Assembly: GCA_030603365.1 (NCBI GenBank) | Contig: JAUVXV010000002.1 | Location: forward strand, 402,757-466,756 | Direction of reading: 5' to 3' | DNA length: 64,000 nucleotides | Origin: Candidatus Heimdallarchaeota archaeon | Lineage (GTDB): Archaea > Asgardarchaeota > Heimdallarchaeia > Heimdallarchaeales > Heimdallarchaeaceae | In this document: positions 28,179-37,715 of the stretch, one piece after another | How the letters are laid out: the number at the start of each line of letters is the position of its first letter | Numbering within the stretch: the stretch's first letter is position 1 | The notes under the pieces: model-generated | Told to the model about the DNA's origin: nothing | Seen by the model: the letters and a program-made list of their open reading frames with translations, nothing else | Database searches by the model: none | Translations under genes and position numbers: made by a program

Positions 28179-30387
28179 AAAAAGATAAGGGTTGTTCTAG
28201 TTTATTTACTATCACGCTAATCTCGAATTTCACAGACGTATGTATGTTCAAACCGGTTTGTATCCATTGAGGTGGGCTGGGTGGATTTGTATCCAGCATG
28301 CTATACCAAGCTTCATCAGTTAAACGATCACCTGAAGGATGTTCAAATTCATAATATGAAAATGTTGCTCCACGAGTTAAATACAAATTTCCTTCATGAT
28401 CTTGAACTACAACATAGATTGTATAAGGATCTCCTACACCAACTTCTAATACCTTATCATCACAAGTATGGACGTCTGCAATTACAGCTGTTCTATCTTC
28501 TTCCTCATTAGAATCGGGATCTTCAGAATCGAAAGTTGTGATCTCAAGTAAACTCCCACCAACTCCATCAATATAATCAAGATCAGAATCTATTGATTTA
28601 TTCTCTAATTCTTTCACACTTATCTCAGCTAGTTTTTCAAAATGAAAAGCTGCCCAATATAGTTTACTTTCAAAATCATCGAGTAGTAATCCACGTGATT
28701 CTAAACCATCATACATCATTCTTGTTAAACTAGCTAGCCTTGAGTAAACGTGTGGATAGGGTTCAACATATCCATGATGAATATCAGGCCATATTACTCC
28801 AGGTATTGTATAGGATTGTTTAGCATATAAAATTGTATCATGCCTCAACTCTGCCCAAGAACCCAAAGTTGTCATTAATGCTTTATCAGCCCATCTGGAA
28901 CTCTGCATAAAGCCAGGATAACCATCAAAAGAATCACTTAACAGAGGAAAGAGAACATATAACCAAGTCCAATAAAGATTTTGAACCCATTCACTCTCAT
29001 TCAAGCTTCTAAATTCATATCTTAGTTCACTTATTTGGTTATCATAATCTGGATAGTCATCATTTTCGTTTTGCATGTAATAATCAGATCTTGGGCTACC
29101 GAAAACTGAAAAAACATCCAAACCGGTTGGAAATTTTCTACCTGAAACCTCTGTATCTACTAATTTTTGAAAGATATAAGAATCGGGGACAAATCTTTGC
29201 CCCATGAGTTTAAAACCAGGAAGGTTTCCTTGTGTCCCCATAGAATTAATAAGAGGATTGCGAAGGGTAGAAATAGATTCTATCATAGTGGATATGAGTG
29301 ACGATGAAGAAAGATCATCTCCAGATGGATAGTAGAAATTTTCCCAAACCTCGTAATATTCTTTTGGGGTTAGATCATCAGAAGCACCTACATAAAATTT
29401 TGTTGGCTCATATAATTTATCCCAATAATCCCATACAGTTTCAGAACCTATAGTTGAATTGAATGAAGAGATGAGTAACATAGCCATTCTAGTTTGTTCT
29501 ATGTCTAATTCAGGATAATCGTCTATAGGGACAGTTGAAAAAACCATTCTTCCAGCATACATCATTGCTTTGAAGTAATTTGCTAGAATTTCAGTACGAG
29601 TATAGTGTCCTCGAACAATATATTGAGTATAATCTTCAAAGTAATCGAAAATCGCTGAAGGGGTTCTTACAGTGGCATTAATTAGATCAAGTTCTGCTTG
29701 AGTAAGCGTTACGACTTCAGTAGGAATTGTATTAGTTTCACTGATAAGGTAAAGCATTACAGAAAGATAAGCAATATTTTTGTTTAAAGCATCATGAACA
29801 CTTGATTCAGTTACTGTGGTATTTAGAGCAATTTGAGCATCTCGAAGTGCATATAGCATAGTCTCAAAATATTCAACAAATCTTTGCATCTCCAATAGTC
29901 TTAAACTGGTGTCATAAAGAACATGATAAGTATGTAAACACAAATCAGTAGTTACAAATTTGGGTATCTCATACCCATCGTATTCGTTATCATAAACATC
30001 ATATATATTCTTATATCCTTCATCTGCAATAGCGAAACCATATTGGCTTAATTGCTCTTTTATATTTGAATATACATATAGATCTTGTGTGTCAACATTT
30101 GACAAGTCAGATTTTATTTTCTTTGGACTAATACTTGGGGTATAATTAAGATTTAAAGGAATAAAGGTTGAAAAATCATTTTCAATTTCATATTGTATGT
30201 TTAGAGTAGCTGCTGTATCCGCAATGAAACCTTCACCACTCCAGCCACCATCAGATGTTTCAGGTCTTAAAACAACAATGAGACTTGTTGTTATAATTAT
30301 TATCAATAAGCTTGAAATTCCAATTATCAGCGTCTTCCTTCCTACTTTAAACATACTATCACAAATCGCTAAAAATAGCTCATACAC
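28129..30387 (-). CDS. DUF3160 family membrane-anchored protein (paralogue 1); start probably ATG near 30354
   Basis: FVTTDLCLHTYH, EDYTQY.VRGHYTR, YFKAMMYAGR, GQRFVPDSY, LGSWAELRHDTILYAKQ, GYVEP, IADVH, FSYYEF, RLTDE.W. Confidence 0.85.
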   Translation of the reverse strand: MYELFLAICDSMFKVGRKTLIIGISSLLIIIITTSLIVVLRPETSDGGWSGEGFIADTAATLNIQYEIENDFSTFIPLNLNYTPSISPKKIKSDLSNVDTQDLYVYSNIKEQLSQYGFAIADEGYKNIYDVYDNEYDGYEIPKFVTTDLCLHTYHVLYDTSLRLLEMQRFVEYFETMLYALRDAQIALNTTVTESSVHDALNKNIAYLSVMLYLISETNTIPTEVVTLTQAELDLINATVRTPSAIFDYFEDYTQYIVRGHYTRTEILANYFKAMMYAGRMVFSTVPIDDYPELDIEQTRMAMLLISSFNSTIGSETVWDYWDKLYEPTKFYVGASDDLTPKEYYEVWENFYYPSGDDLSSSSLISTMIESISTLRNPLINSMGTQGNLPGFKLMGQRFVPDSYIFQKLVDTEVSGRKFPTGLDVFSVFGSPRSDYYMQNENDDYPDYDNQISELRYEFRSLNESEWVQNLYWTWLYVLFPLLSDSFDGYPGFMQSSRWADKALMTTLGSWAELRHDTILYAKQSYTIPGVIWPDIHHGYVEPYPHVYSRLASLTRMMYDGLESRGLLLDDFESKLYWAAFHFEKLAEISVKELENKSIDSDLDYIDGVGGSLLEITTFDSEDPDSNEEEDRTAVIADVHTCDDKVLEVGVGDPYTIYVVVQDHEGNLYLTRGATFSYYEFEHPSGDRLTDEAWYSMLDTNPPSPPQWIQTGLNIHTSVKFEISVIVNKLEQPLSFSRSLLVSWKYTLLLHS

Positions 30388-30483
30388 ACTAATAAACTTT
30401 CTTGCTAAACGCTCTTAGACTTAAGGAATCATAAAATAACTAAACAAAGACGAATTACTACTAATACGTTTTAGTTCTTTACA

Positions 30484-30496
30484 GAAAACTTTAAAC
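30484..30496 (+). promoter_or_regulatory. BRE/TATA promoter for the candidate sRNA
   Basis: gaaaactttaaac lies about 25 nt upstream of the 5' stem at 30519. Confidence 0.55.
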
Positions 30497-30518
30497 TAGA
30501 CCTAATCAAGTTCATTTT

Positions 30519-30597
30519 GGAGAATCATCTGTGAAGAAACAACGGTCTCGGATTCAGTAGAATATGACAGCTGATGGGCGGACTGAGGTGATTCTTC
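30519..30597 (+). ncRNA. Candidate box C/D guide sRNA
   Basis: 11-bp terminal stem (ggagaatcatc/ggtgattcttc); C box GTGAAGA at 30531; D' CGGA at 30549; short hairpin ttc-agta-gaa; C'-like ATGACAG; D box CTGA at 30583; upstream TATA and downstream U-tract. Confidence 0.7.
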
Positions 30598-30603
30598 TTT
30601 ATT

Positions 30604-32340
30604 TCATTCTAAGACAACTTCAATTATCGAATTATATCTATCAAATGAAAGCCTCTTGTGCCCAGTTGCTGAAACTAAACCTAAGGAGTTTCCTCCAGAC
30701 AAATCATCTTGTAAAGAGAAGTAAACAAAGCCTTTAATCTTTGGTTCATTAAGGCAGAGTTCCAACATTCTTGCTAAAGTAGCTGCTTGAATTCTTTCAC
30801 CATACATAACTGCTGAAATACCAAATTCACATATCCATAGTTCTTTTGTTGAAGCTGTAGCATCTTGTAGAAATAGAGTCAAGTCCAATTCTCGAGCATG
30901 CACAATAAAATAATCGATTCCCAGAAAATCAAGGGTTGTGTTTTTCCACAAGGATTGGAAAACACTTACTTCATAATACACTCCAAAGTCGTTATATGAT
31001 AGATTTACACCTATTTCTGTATCATTTGAGTAAGTTCGTAGAACTGTTACTGTATCTTCTATAGCTTCAGCCCATTCATCAGGTGTTGGAAGGTCTATAA
31101 CATAAGCTGATGAAAAACCATAAGGCTCTGGGTAAATCAAAAGAAATTCAGGGTCACATAATTGAATTATCTCTATTGCTTGATTTTCTATTTCTGCGAT
31201 ATAATCAGTAAAGTTTATTGTTTGGAAATTCCATATTGGGAAACCATATCCATATGTTGACAACATAATTTTGAAACCATTTGCTTTAAGTTCATCTGTT
31301 ATGCCTTGTAATTCCGTACTATGATTATAAAGTAATTCAGATTTTATATCCATTCGAACAGTGGTTACATTGAGATCCAACAGTATCTCCAATTCATATT
31401 GAAATTCTTCATAATAATTGTCTGATAAACTTTGCTGATAAGTAACTGTCTTTAATGATACACCAAATTCAAAATCATTTCTTACAGGATATTCAGGAGC
31501 ATAATTTTTGGAGGTAAACTCTCCATATGAAGCCATTGTTCCAATATTTAGAAGTGTGAATACAATTAGAAGTATAATCCCCATCGCATATATTCCCTTA
31601 GCACCATTATCTAGAAAAACTTTAATTTGAGGTAATATTGGTAGTTTTTCTCTTTCTGAAGGATCAAATCCGTCAGTAAAAACACTTGATTTAGAATTTT
31701 CATCAGTTTTTGTTTTCTTCTTTTCTGATTTTTTCTCAACAGATGCCTCTTTCTTTGGTTTATTCTTCTGTTTTTCATCCACACTTTTACCTTTCTTTTT
31801 GAATTTAAGTGGAATTGCGAGAGGTATTAAAATAAGTACAGGATAGAAATACCCAACTGCGCCATATAGAAAGGCTTCAAAGGAAGCATATCCTATCGAA
31901 GGGATAATCATGAACCACTCAAGAGCCTTAGGTAGAATGAAGGCAGTCTGAGCTTCTATGAAGTTCAGTAAAAGCATACAGGATTGGAGGGCAAGCACTG
32001 TGAATAAAACATTGATTATCTTTCCCCATCTTGTAGCTTCGATTGATTTCTTGAAAGCGAGAATAGTTACCACTAGATTATTTACAAAGAGTATAAAACA
32101 TCCTACAAGACCACCCCAAATAAACTCAATTGATAAAGATAAGCTAAACCATAGAAAAGCTAGAACCGTTCCTATTAACATCACTCCTGCTGAACTCAAG
32201 TTCCATGCTTTCTTTGTAAAATCAGGTTTTGCCAAAGATTCATAAATTAATTTTCCTGATACACTAGCATTATATAACAATGCTAAATAAGCAAAAACAA
32301 TTGAAGCTTCTGGTGGTAAGATAGACATAGTGCTCAACAT
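30604..32340 (-). CDS. Multi-pass membrane protein fused to a clan GH-A glycoside hydrolase-like barrel
   Basis: N-terminal TM bundle, Lys-rich linker, one more TM, then VRMD, IYPEP (acid/base Glu), FLGIDYF and LWICEFG (nucleophile Glu). Confidence 0.65.
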   Translation of the reverse strand: MLSTMSILPPEASIVFAYLALLYNASVSGKLIYESLAKPDFTKKAWNLSSAGVMLIGTVLAFLWFSLSLSIEFIWGGLVGCFILFVNNLVVTILAFKKSIEATRWGKIINVLFTVLALQSCMLLLNFIEAQTAFILPKALEWFMIIPSIGYASFEAFLYGAVGYFYPVLILIPLAIPLKFKKKGKSVDEKQKNKPKKEASVEKKSEKKKTKTDENSKSSVFTDGFDPSEREKLPILPQIKVFLDNGAKGIYAMGIILLIVFTLLNIGTMASYGEFTSKNYAPEYPVRNDFEFGVSLKTVTYQQSLSDNYYEEFQYELEILLDLNVTTVRMDIKSELLYNHSTELQGITDELKANGFKIMLSTYGYGFPIWNFQTINFTDYIAEIENQAIEIIQLCDPEFLLIYPEPYGFSSAYVIDLPTPDEWAEAIEDTVTVLRTYSNDTEIGVNLSYNDFGVYYEVSVFQSLWKNTTLDFLGIDYFIVHARELDLTLFLQDATASTKELWICEFGISAVMYGERIQAATLARMLELCLNEPKIKGFVYFSLQDDLSGGNSLGLVSATGHKRLSFDRYNSIIEVVLE

Positions 32341-32382
32341 AAAAAAGATAAGATGTTTAAATGTCTTACCATTTTTGGTTTA

Positions 32383-33102
32383 TTAAGGCATTAATAACCG
32401 ATGTAAATCTGATATAGTTCCTCTGTAATCTGGTTCAATTTCCTGAGTGATTTTATCTTCATTTTCTAAAGCTGTTTCTACCAGAAAAGTTTGATAGCCA
32501 TGTTTTTTTGCAACAAGGTCTCTATAACCATCATTTCCGATCATCAAAGAATTATTAGGATTTATGTTCATTTCTTTAGCTATATTCAACCAGTAATTCT
32601 TGTTATTTTTGCAATAGAAACTATTTTGAGCATGAGTGATTAGTTCAAAAAACTCTTCTGAAATATTCCCCCATTTCATTCTCTTCTGAACAGCAATAAA
32701 TGGAAAAACAGGATTTGTTGCTAAAATTACTTTTGTTTGTGGAAGATGTTGTTTAATTTTTGAAAGTAAATTCTTTGCACCATCCATTTGACTTATTAAA
32801 GGTTTAATCGCACTATAATCAGTTTGATAGAATTGAAGAAATCTCTCAGTTATTTTATCGCACTCAACCTCAAATTTAGGGCAAAAGTCTAGAAGAAATT
32901 CTTCTAGTGTTGTGGTTTCCTTGTTATCACTGTTTTCCATAACATCTGTTGATCTTAGAAGTTCTTGATAGAAGTTTTCTGGATTAGGGATCAAATCAAT
33001 GAAAAACTTAGCTGCTGTACCTAAGTAGGTTTTTACAAATAGATCAGGGTCAAAATAGATTAAGGTTCCATCTAAATCAAAAAGTAAAGCTTCAAACGTC
33101 AT
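32383..33102 (-). CDS. HAD superfamily hydrolase
   Basis: FDLDGTL, LATNPVFP, MIGND. Confidence 0.85.
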   Translation of the reverse strand: MTFEALLFDLDGTLIYFDPDLFVKTYLGTAAKFFIDLIPNPENFYQELLRSTDVMENSDNKETTTLEEFLLDFCPKFEVECDKITERFLQFYQTDYSAIKPLISQMDGAKNLLSKIKQHLPQTKVILATNPVFPFIAVQKRMKWGNISEEFFELITHAQNSFYCKNNKNYWLNIAKEMNINPNNSLMIGNDGYRDLVAKKHGYQTFLVETALENEDKITQEIEPDYRGTISDLHRLLMP

Positions 33103-33114
33103 ATCATCACTTCT

Positions 33115-33993
33115 TCATCTTAGAAATTTATAATGGGTATCTAAGCATATTCCTATACACCCTGGACCTGTATGTGTAACAATCGTCATTCCGAGTTCAT
33201 CTATGGACACATTAAAATCTTTAGGTTGGATTACATCTTCTATGTGTTTCTTTAACATGTTAGCAGATTCTTCATTTTTCGCATGCATTATGTATGCATT
33301 GAATTTTTCTGGTCTTCCAGTTTTTTCATAGACAGAATTAAAGGATTCTATTACAGCATTTTTGTGCCCTCTAACTGTTTTTACAACTTCCATTTTTCCT
33401 GAGATGAAGTTAATAATAGGTTTCATGTCAGCAAGTTTAGCAATCCAATATTTTGACTTACTCAATCTACCTCCTCTATGTAAATAGATTAAGTCAGCAA
33501 CTGTAAAACCTACTTCAAGTTTATTTCGATATTCATCAAGTTTAACCATTATTTCTTCAGGTGATAGGTCCTCTTGCGCTAATTCAGAAGCCATAATTGC
33601 AAGTATTCCTATACCAAATGTAGCTAATTGCGAATCATATATGTAAACTTTAGCAGCATCTTCTACTTTTTTCTCGTACATCCTTTTTGCATTAATAGCA
33701 GTATTATAAGATCCAGATATTCCCGAAGAAATTACAATGTTAAGTACTTCATCGGCTTCTTTTCCTAATTGTTCAAAAAGTTCATACTGGTGATGAAGTG
33801 TCGGATTAGCAGTTTGAGGATATTCTTTTGATGCATAAAATTTCTCATAGAACTGCTCTAAGGTTATATCAACACCTTCATAGTAGATGTCGTCACCAAA
33901 TCTAATTACAGTAGGTACAAGAGAAAGGTCGTATTTTTTTACCATTTCAGGTGTAAGATCAGCTGCACTATCAGTCATTATTTTTACTGTCAT
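33115..33993 (-). CDS. DegV/FakB fatty-acid-binding protein (paralogue 1)
   Basis: IMTDSAADL, PQTANP, ISSGISGSY, YDS, LHRGGRL, KPII, KTVRG, THTGPG. Confidence 0.92.
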   Translation of the reverse strand: MTVKIMTDSAADLTPEMVKKYDLSLVPTVIRFGDDIYYEGVDITLEQFYEKFYASKEYPQTANPTLHHQYELFEQLGKEADEVLNIVISSGISGSYNTAINAKRMYEKKVEDAAKVYIYDSQLATFGIGILAIMASELAQEDLSPEEIMVKLDEYRNKLEVGFTVADLIYLHRGGRLSKSKYWIAKLADMKPIINFISGKMEVVKTVRGHKNAVIESFNSVYEKTGRPEKFNAYIMHAKNEESANMLKKHIEDVIQPKDFNVSIDELGMTIVTHTGPGCIGICLDTHYKFLR

Positions 33994-34050
33994 CTTTGAA
34001 ACCTAAGGGAAAAGAAAAAAAGAGGAATTTAAACTTTGCTTGTAAAAAAG

Positions 34051-34938
34051 TTACAATTCCACATTTCGAGTCATAATAATAACTATAGTTCCAGGACCTG
34101 TGTGAGAAGTAATGACACCACCTATATCGTATATCTCACCGATGTTTATCTCTGGGTATTTCTCCTTTATCTTCTTTGCATAAGCTTCTGTTTCAGTTCT
34201 AAAAGCAGCTTGAGTGAAATGCACTGTAAGATTGCTCAAATCATCTTCAATATCATTTAGTTGCATTTCTAATATAGTATCAATTGCTTTATCTAAACCT
34301 GTTACACTTTTTACAACCTCAACTTTTCCGTCTACGAGGCTTAATATAGGTATTTTAGATAGAAGAGATCCTAGATAGTATTTAGCCCTACTTAAACGTC
34401 CACCATCAAAGAGCCATCTTAAATCAGAAACAGTGAAATAGAAAGAGTAATCCTTTTCTCTCCATTCATCTAGCTTTTTGACAATTTCCTCTGCTTTCAA
34501 ACCTTGTTTTACAAAATTAGTGGCTTTGATCACAATTAAACCGAAGGGAGTACTTGTTGATCTACTATCATATACGAAGATTTTAGCTCCATCAGGATTG
34601 GATTTTTCATACATTTTCTTTGCCATTCTAGCATTATTTACTGCCCCACTTATATCACTAGAAAGATGCATGGAAATTATCTGATCGTATTTATCTCCAT
34701 AAGTTTCATATGCCTTTAACAAATCAGCTTGTGTTGATTGAGAGGTAGTAGGATGTTCAGTAGTTTTAGATAATTTCTCATAAAATTCTGAAGTTTTGAG
34801 ATTTTCTAATTCTTTATACTCTTCTACACCAAACATAATTTGCATGGGAACCCATTGAACGTCGTATTTATCATATAGTGTTACGTCATTAGGAAAATTC
34901 AAATCTGCACTTGTATCACAAATAATCTTAATAGTCAT
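34051..34938 (-). CDS. DegV/FakB fatty-acid-binding protein (paralogue 2)
   Basis: ICDTSADL, PTTSQ, LSSDISG, YDSR, GGRL, SHTGPG. Confidence 0.9.
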   Translation of the reverse strand: MTIKIICDTSADLNFPNDVTLYDKYDVQWVPMQIMFGVEEYKELENLKTSEFYEKLSKTTEHPTTSQSTQADLLKAYETYGDKYDQIISMHLSSDISGAVNNARMAKKMYEKSNPDGAKIFVYDSRSTSTPFGLIVIKATNFVKQGLKAEEIVKKLDEWREKDYSFYFTVSDLRWLFDGGRLSRAKYYLGSLLSKIPILSLVDGKVEVVKSVTGLDKAIDTILEMQLNDIEDDLSNLTVHFTQAAFRTETEAYAKKIKEKYPEINIGEIYDIGGVITSHTGPGTIVIIMTRNVEL

Positions 34939-35085
34939 GACTTTGTTAAAAGAAATGGTTTTTTTTAAATATTTGCTACTTTTATTGCCAAATAATATTA
35001 ATGTATATATTTTTTAGAATTTAATGAATTAATAAGTAGCCAAAAGATACAGAAGAGCAAAATATTTAAGTTGGCTGTATAGAGC

Positions 35086-35862
35086 ATGATTAGAAATCGA
35101 AGGATTAAGGAATCAATGTTGCAAAGAATCAAGACAAAACTCCTAGTAAATCTTACAATCATTCTGTTTGTAGGATTGACTTTATCTCAATTAGCCAATA
35201 ATAATACTACATATGCAGACTTTGAAAATGAAGTAAACAGAAAAGAAGCTATCTGCTTCCCTAATTTGAGTCCAATTAATGATTCTTTTCTAGAAAGACC
35301 TATCCTGGATGTTTCCAAATCAGTTAATGCTACAGTTATCAATCCAGATTTGAGTGAATGGATATGTGTAAATGTGACAATAACAAACATAAGCAATTAT
35401 ACTGCTTACAACTTAACTACAACAGATCCTGGATTTGAAGATTGGGCTGTTTCCAGCCTTAATGTAACTGAGCAAAAGTGGGTTATCATTGAAAATAACG
35501 CATCAGTTTATTATTTTTATTACTTTAAACCATTATCAGAGGGGAATTTCACTTTAGAACCAACTGACATAGTATATGTTGATGTTAATGGAACAGAATA
35601 TCATGCTCAATCTCAGCGATTTATTATAATTGTAATAAAACCAGAGAGTATCGAAGTTATAGATGCAGAGTTATGGTTAAACATTCTTTATTACACTATT
35701 ATCATATCAGGTGTTTTAGGAGCTATCGTCTTGTTTGACCTCTTTGTTATTAAGAGACCAAAAGGAACTAAAAAACAGAAACAAAAAGTAGTGGATAAAA
35801 AGGGTACTTCAACTCAAAAGAATAAGAAACAAGTTAAACGAAAAACCAAAAAGCGAAGATAG
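35086..35862 (+). CDS. Translocon-associated protein beta (TRAP-beta/SSR2)-like type I membrane protein
   Basis: Signal/anchor; beta-sandwich PILDVSKS..VNVTITNIS..AYNLTTTD..F..KW.I..N.SV.Y...KPLSEGNF...IVY that parallels SSR2; C-terminal TM plus poly-basic tail; many NxS/T sequons. Confidence 0.6.
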   Translation: MIRNRRIKESMLQRIKTKLLVNLTIILFVGLTLSQLANNNTTYADFENEVNRKEAICFPNLSPINDSFLERPILDVSKSVNATVINPDLSEWICVNVTITNISNYTAYNLTTTDPGFEDWAVSSLNVTEQKWVIIENNASVYYFYYFKPLSEGNFTLEPTDIVYVDVNGTEYHAQSQRFIIIVIKPESIEVIDAELWLNILYYTIIISGVLGAIVLFDLFVIKRPKGTKKQKQKVVDKKGTSTQKNKKQVKRKTKKRR

Positions 35863-35919
35863 ATTTTCTTTCTTTTACAAATCTCATATTTTATATAGGC
35901 TTTAGTCAAAGTGTGATTA

Positions 35920-36903
35920 ATGTCCTTAAAAGAAATTCTCGATATGGATTTAAAGTATCTATTAGTAGGCGGGAAAGGTGGAGTCGGAAAGACCAGTGTT
36001 GCTTCTTCTTTAGCTATTGCATTAGCTGAACATGGAAAAAAAGTTCTCATAATTTCAACTGATCCCGCGCATAGTATTTCTGATTCTTTTGATATGGATT
36101 TTTCTAAAGGAGAAATTACAAGGGTTAAAGGAGTTGTAGGTGATTTATTTGCACTTGAAATTAATCCTTCTGCCGCAGGTGAAGAAATCTCACAAGCAAT
36201 AGGTCAACCAATGGGAGCAGACCAATTTTCACAATTTGCAGCTATTCCTGGTTTAGGTGAACTGCAACAAGGTCTGGGAGAAGATCTAAAATCAATCCCT
36301 CCCCCAGGAATGGATGAAGCTTTATCTTTTGCAAAAATACTTGAATATGCTGAAGATGATGTTTACGATACAATAGTCCTAGATACAGCTCCCACAGGTC
36401 ACACTCTAAGATTATTGAACATTCCCGAGTTTTTAGATTCGTTTCTTGGTCGTATATTAAAAATGAAAACTTTTCTCTCTAATGCTATGAGCATGATGAA
36501 ATCTCTTTTTGGAGGTGGCCAAGAGAAGGATAGAACTATAGAGACATTAGAAGCAATGAAAGAGAAAGTATTAGTTGCGAGAGACAAATTAATGGATGAA
36601 ACTAAAACTCAATTTGTTAAAGTCCTTATACCTACTATGATGAGTGTCTTTGAAACAGAAAGACTTGCTGAAGAACTAGATCAACATCTCATTCCTCACA
36701 AATATACTATTATCAATATGGTAAATCCAGAAAATAGTAATTGTCCATATTGTATGCATCGACATCAAGAACATCAAAAAAACATTGAATATATTCAATC
36801 TACGTTTCCATTGGATCAACTAACTACAATTGAAGCATTTGATAGAGAAATAAGAGGTCTAGATATGCTTAAAATTCTTAATTCAAAGCTATTAAAAGAG
36901 TGA
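35920..36903 (+). CDS. Get3/TRC40-type ArsA family ATPase
   Basis: GGKGGVGKT, STDPAHS, PGMDEA, LDTAPTGHTLRLL, Met-rich insert KMKTFLSNAMSMMKSLFGG and C-terminal CPYC; single ATPase domain. Confidence 0.88.
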   Translation: MSLKEILDMDLKYLLVGGKGGVGKTSVASSLAIALAEHGKKVLIISTDPAHSISDSFDMDFSKGEITRVKGVVGDLFALEINPSAAGEEISQAIGQPMGADQFSQFAAIPGLGELQQGLGEDLKSIPPPGMDEALSFAKILEYAEDDVYDTIVLDTAPTGHTLRLLNIPEFLDSFLGRILKMKTFLSNAMSMMKSLFGGGQEKDRTIETLEAMKEKVLVARDKLMDETKTQFVKVLIPTMMSVFETERLAEELDQHLIPHKYTIINMVNPENSNCPYCMHRHQEHQKNIEYIQSTFPLDQLTTIEAFDREIRGLDMLKILNSKLLKE

Positions 36904-36907
36904 TAGT

Positions 36908-37708
36908 ATGGGTATGCATTCTGATGCTGTGAAATTAATAGAAAAAGATTCTAAGAGTTCATATGCTGATGCTCATTGTCATCTTGTACCTGAATGGTAT
37001 ACTAAAGACGATATAAGTGAAATCACTGTTAAAGCTAAGGAGAATGGTGTAAAGATTATTATTAACAGTGCAATTGATCCCGCACATTACAAATTTGGTC
37101 TGGAGACTACAAAGCACGATAGTATCTTTTTATCAATAGGTGTGGAACCAACAAAAGTCTCTGATGAACGAATTCATGAATTCAAGGAATTTTTCAACTC
37201 AAACAAAGAAAAAATTGTCGCAATAGGAGAAATAGGATTAGATTTTCATTGGGTTAAGGAACCAGAAAAAAGAACCAAGCAAGAAACTCACTTCAACTCA
37301 TTGATCGATTTTGCTATAATTAATGAGAAACCTATTGTGGTTCATTCAAGAGGTGCAGAAACTAGAGCAATTGAAATATTAAAACAAAAGGGAGTAGAAG
37401 ATGTTCTAATGCACTGTTTTGAGGGAACAGAAGAACAAGCGAGAGAAATTTCAACACTTTCTTGGTATGTTACTGTTCCTACTAGCACAATCTATAGAAA
37501 GAACTTTCAGAAGATTCTAAAGTCAGTTTCAATTGATAGTCTAATGCTTGAAACTGATAGTCCGTTTCATTCTTTAGAAAAAGGTCAACAGAACACCCCA
37601 TCAAGTATTCCAACTTTATGCAGACATGCAGCTAGAATTTTAGAAATTGATGAACAAGATCTTGCAGAAATAACATTCAATAATACCAAGACTTTCTATA
37701 GAATCTAA
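36908..37708 (+). CDS. tatD: TatD family hydrolase/DNase
   Basis: DAHCH, AIGEIGLD, VHSR, MHCF, LETDSP. Confidence 0.9.
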   Translation: MGMHSDAVKLIEKDSKSSYADAHCHLVPEWYTKDDISEITVKAKENGVKIIINSAIDPAHYKFGLETTKHDSIFLSIGVEPTKVSDERIHEFKEFFNSNKEKIVAIGEIGLDFHWVKEPEKRTKQETHFNSLIDFAIINEKPIVVHSRGAETRAIEILKQKGVEDVLMHCFEGTEEQAREISTLSWYVTVPTSTIYRKNFQKILKSVSIDSLMLETDSPFHSLEKGQQNTPSSIPTLCRHAARILEIDEQDLAEITFNNTKTFYRI

Positions 37709-37715
37709 GATTTAT

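Noticed and set aside
30519-30597. tRNA, SECIS element or simple terminator hairpin
   Set aside because: No cloverleaf or T-loop; the neighbouring genes have no in-frame TGA; C/D boxes plus a promoter explain it better
35920-36903. Arsenic resistance ATPase ArsA
   Set aside because: Single domain, Get3-type insert and CxxC, and no ars genes nearby
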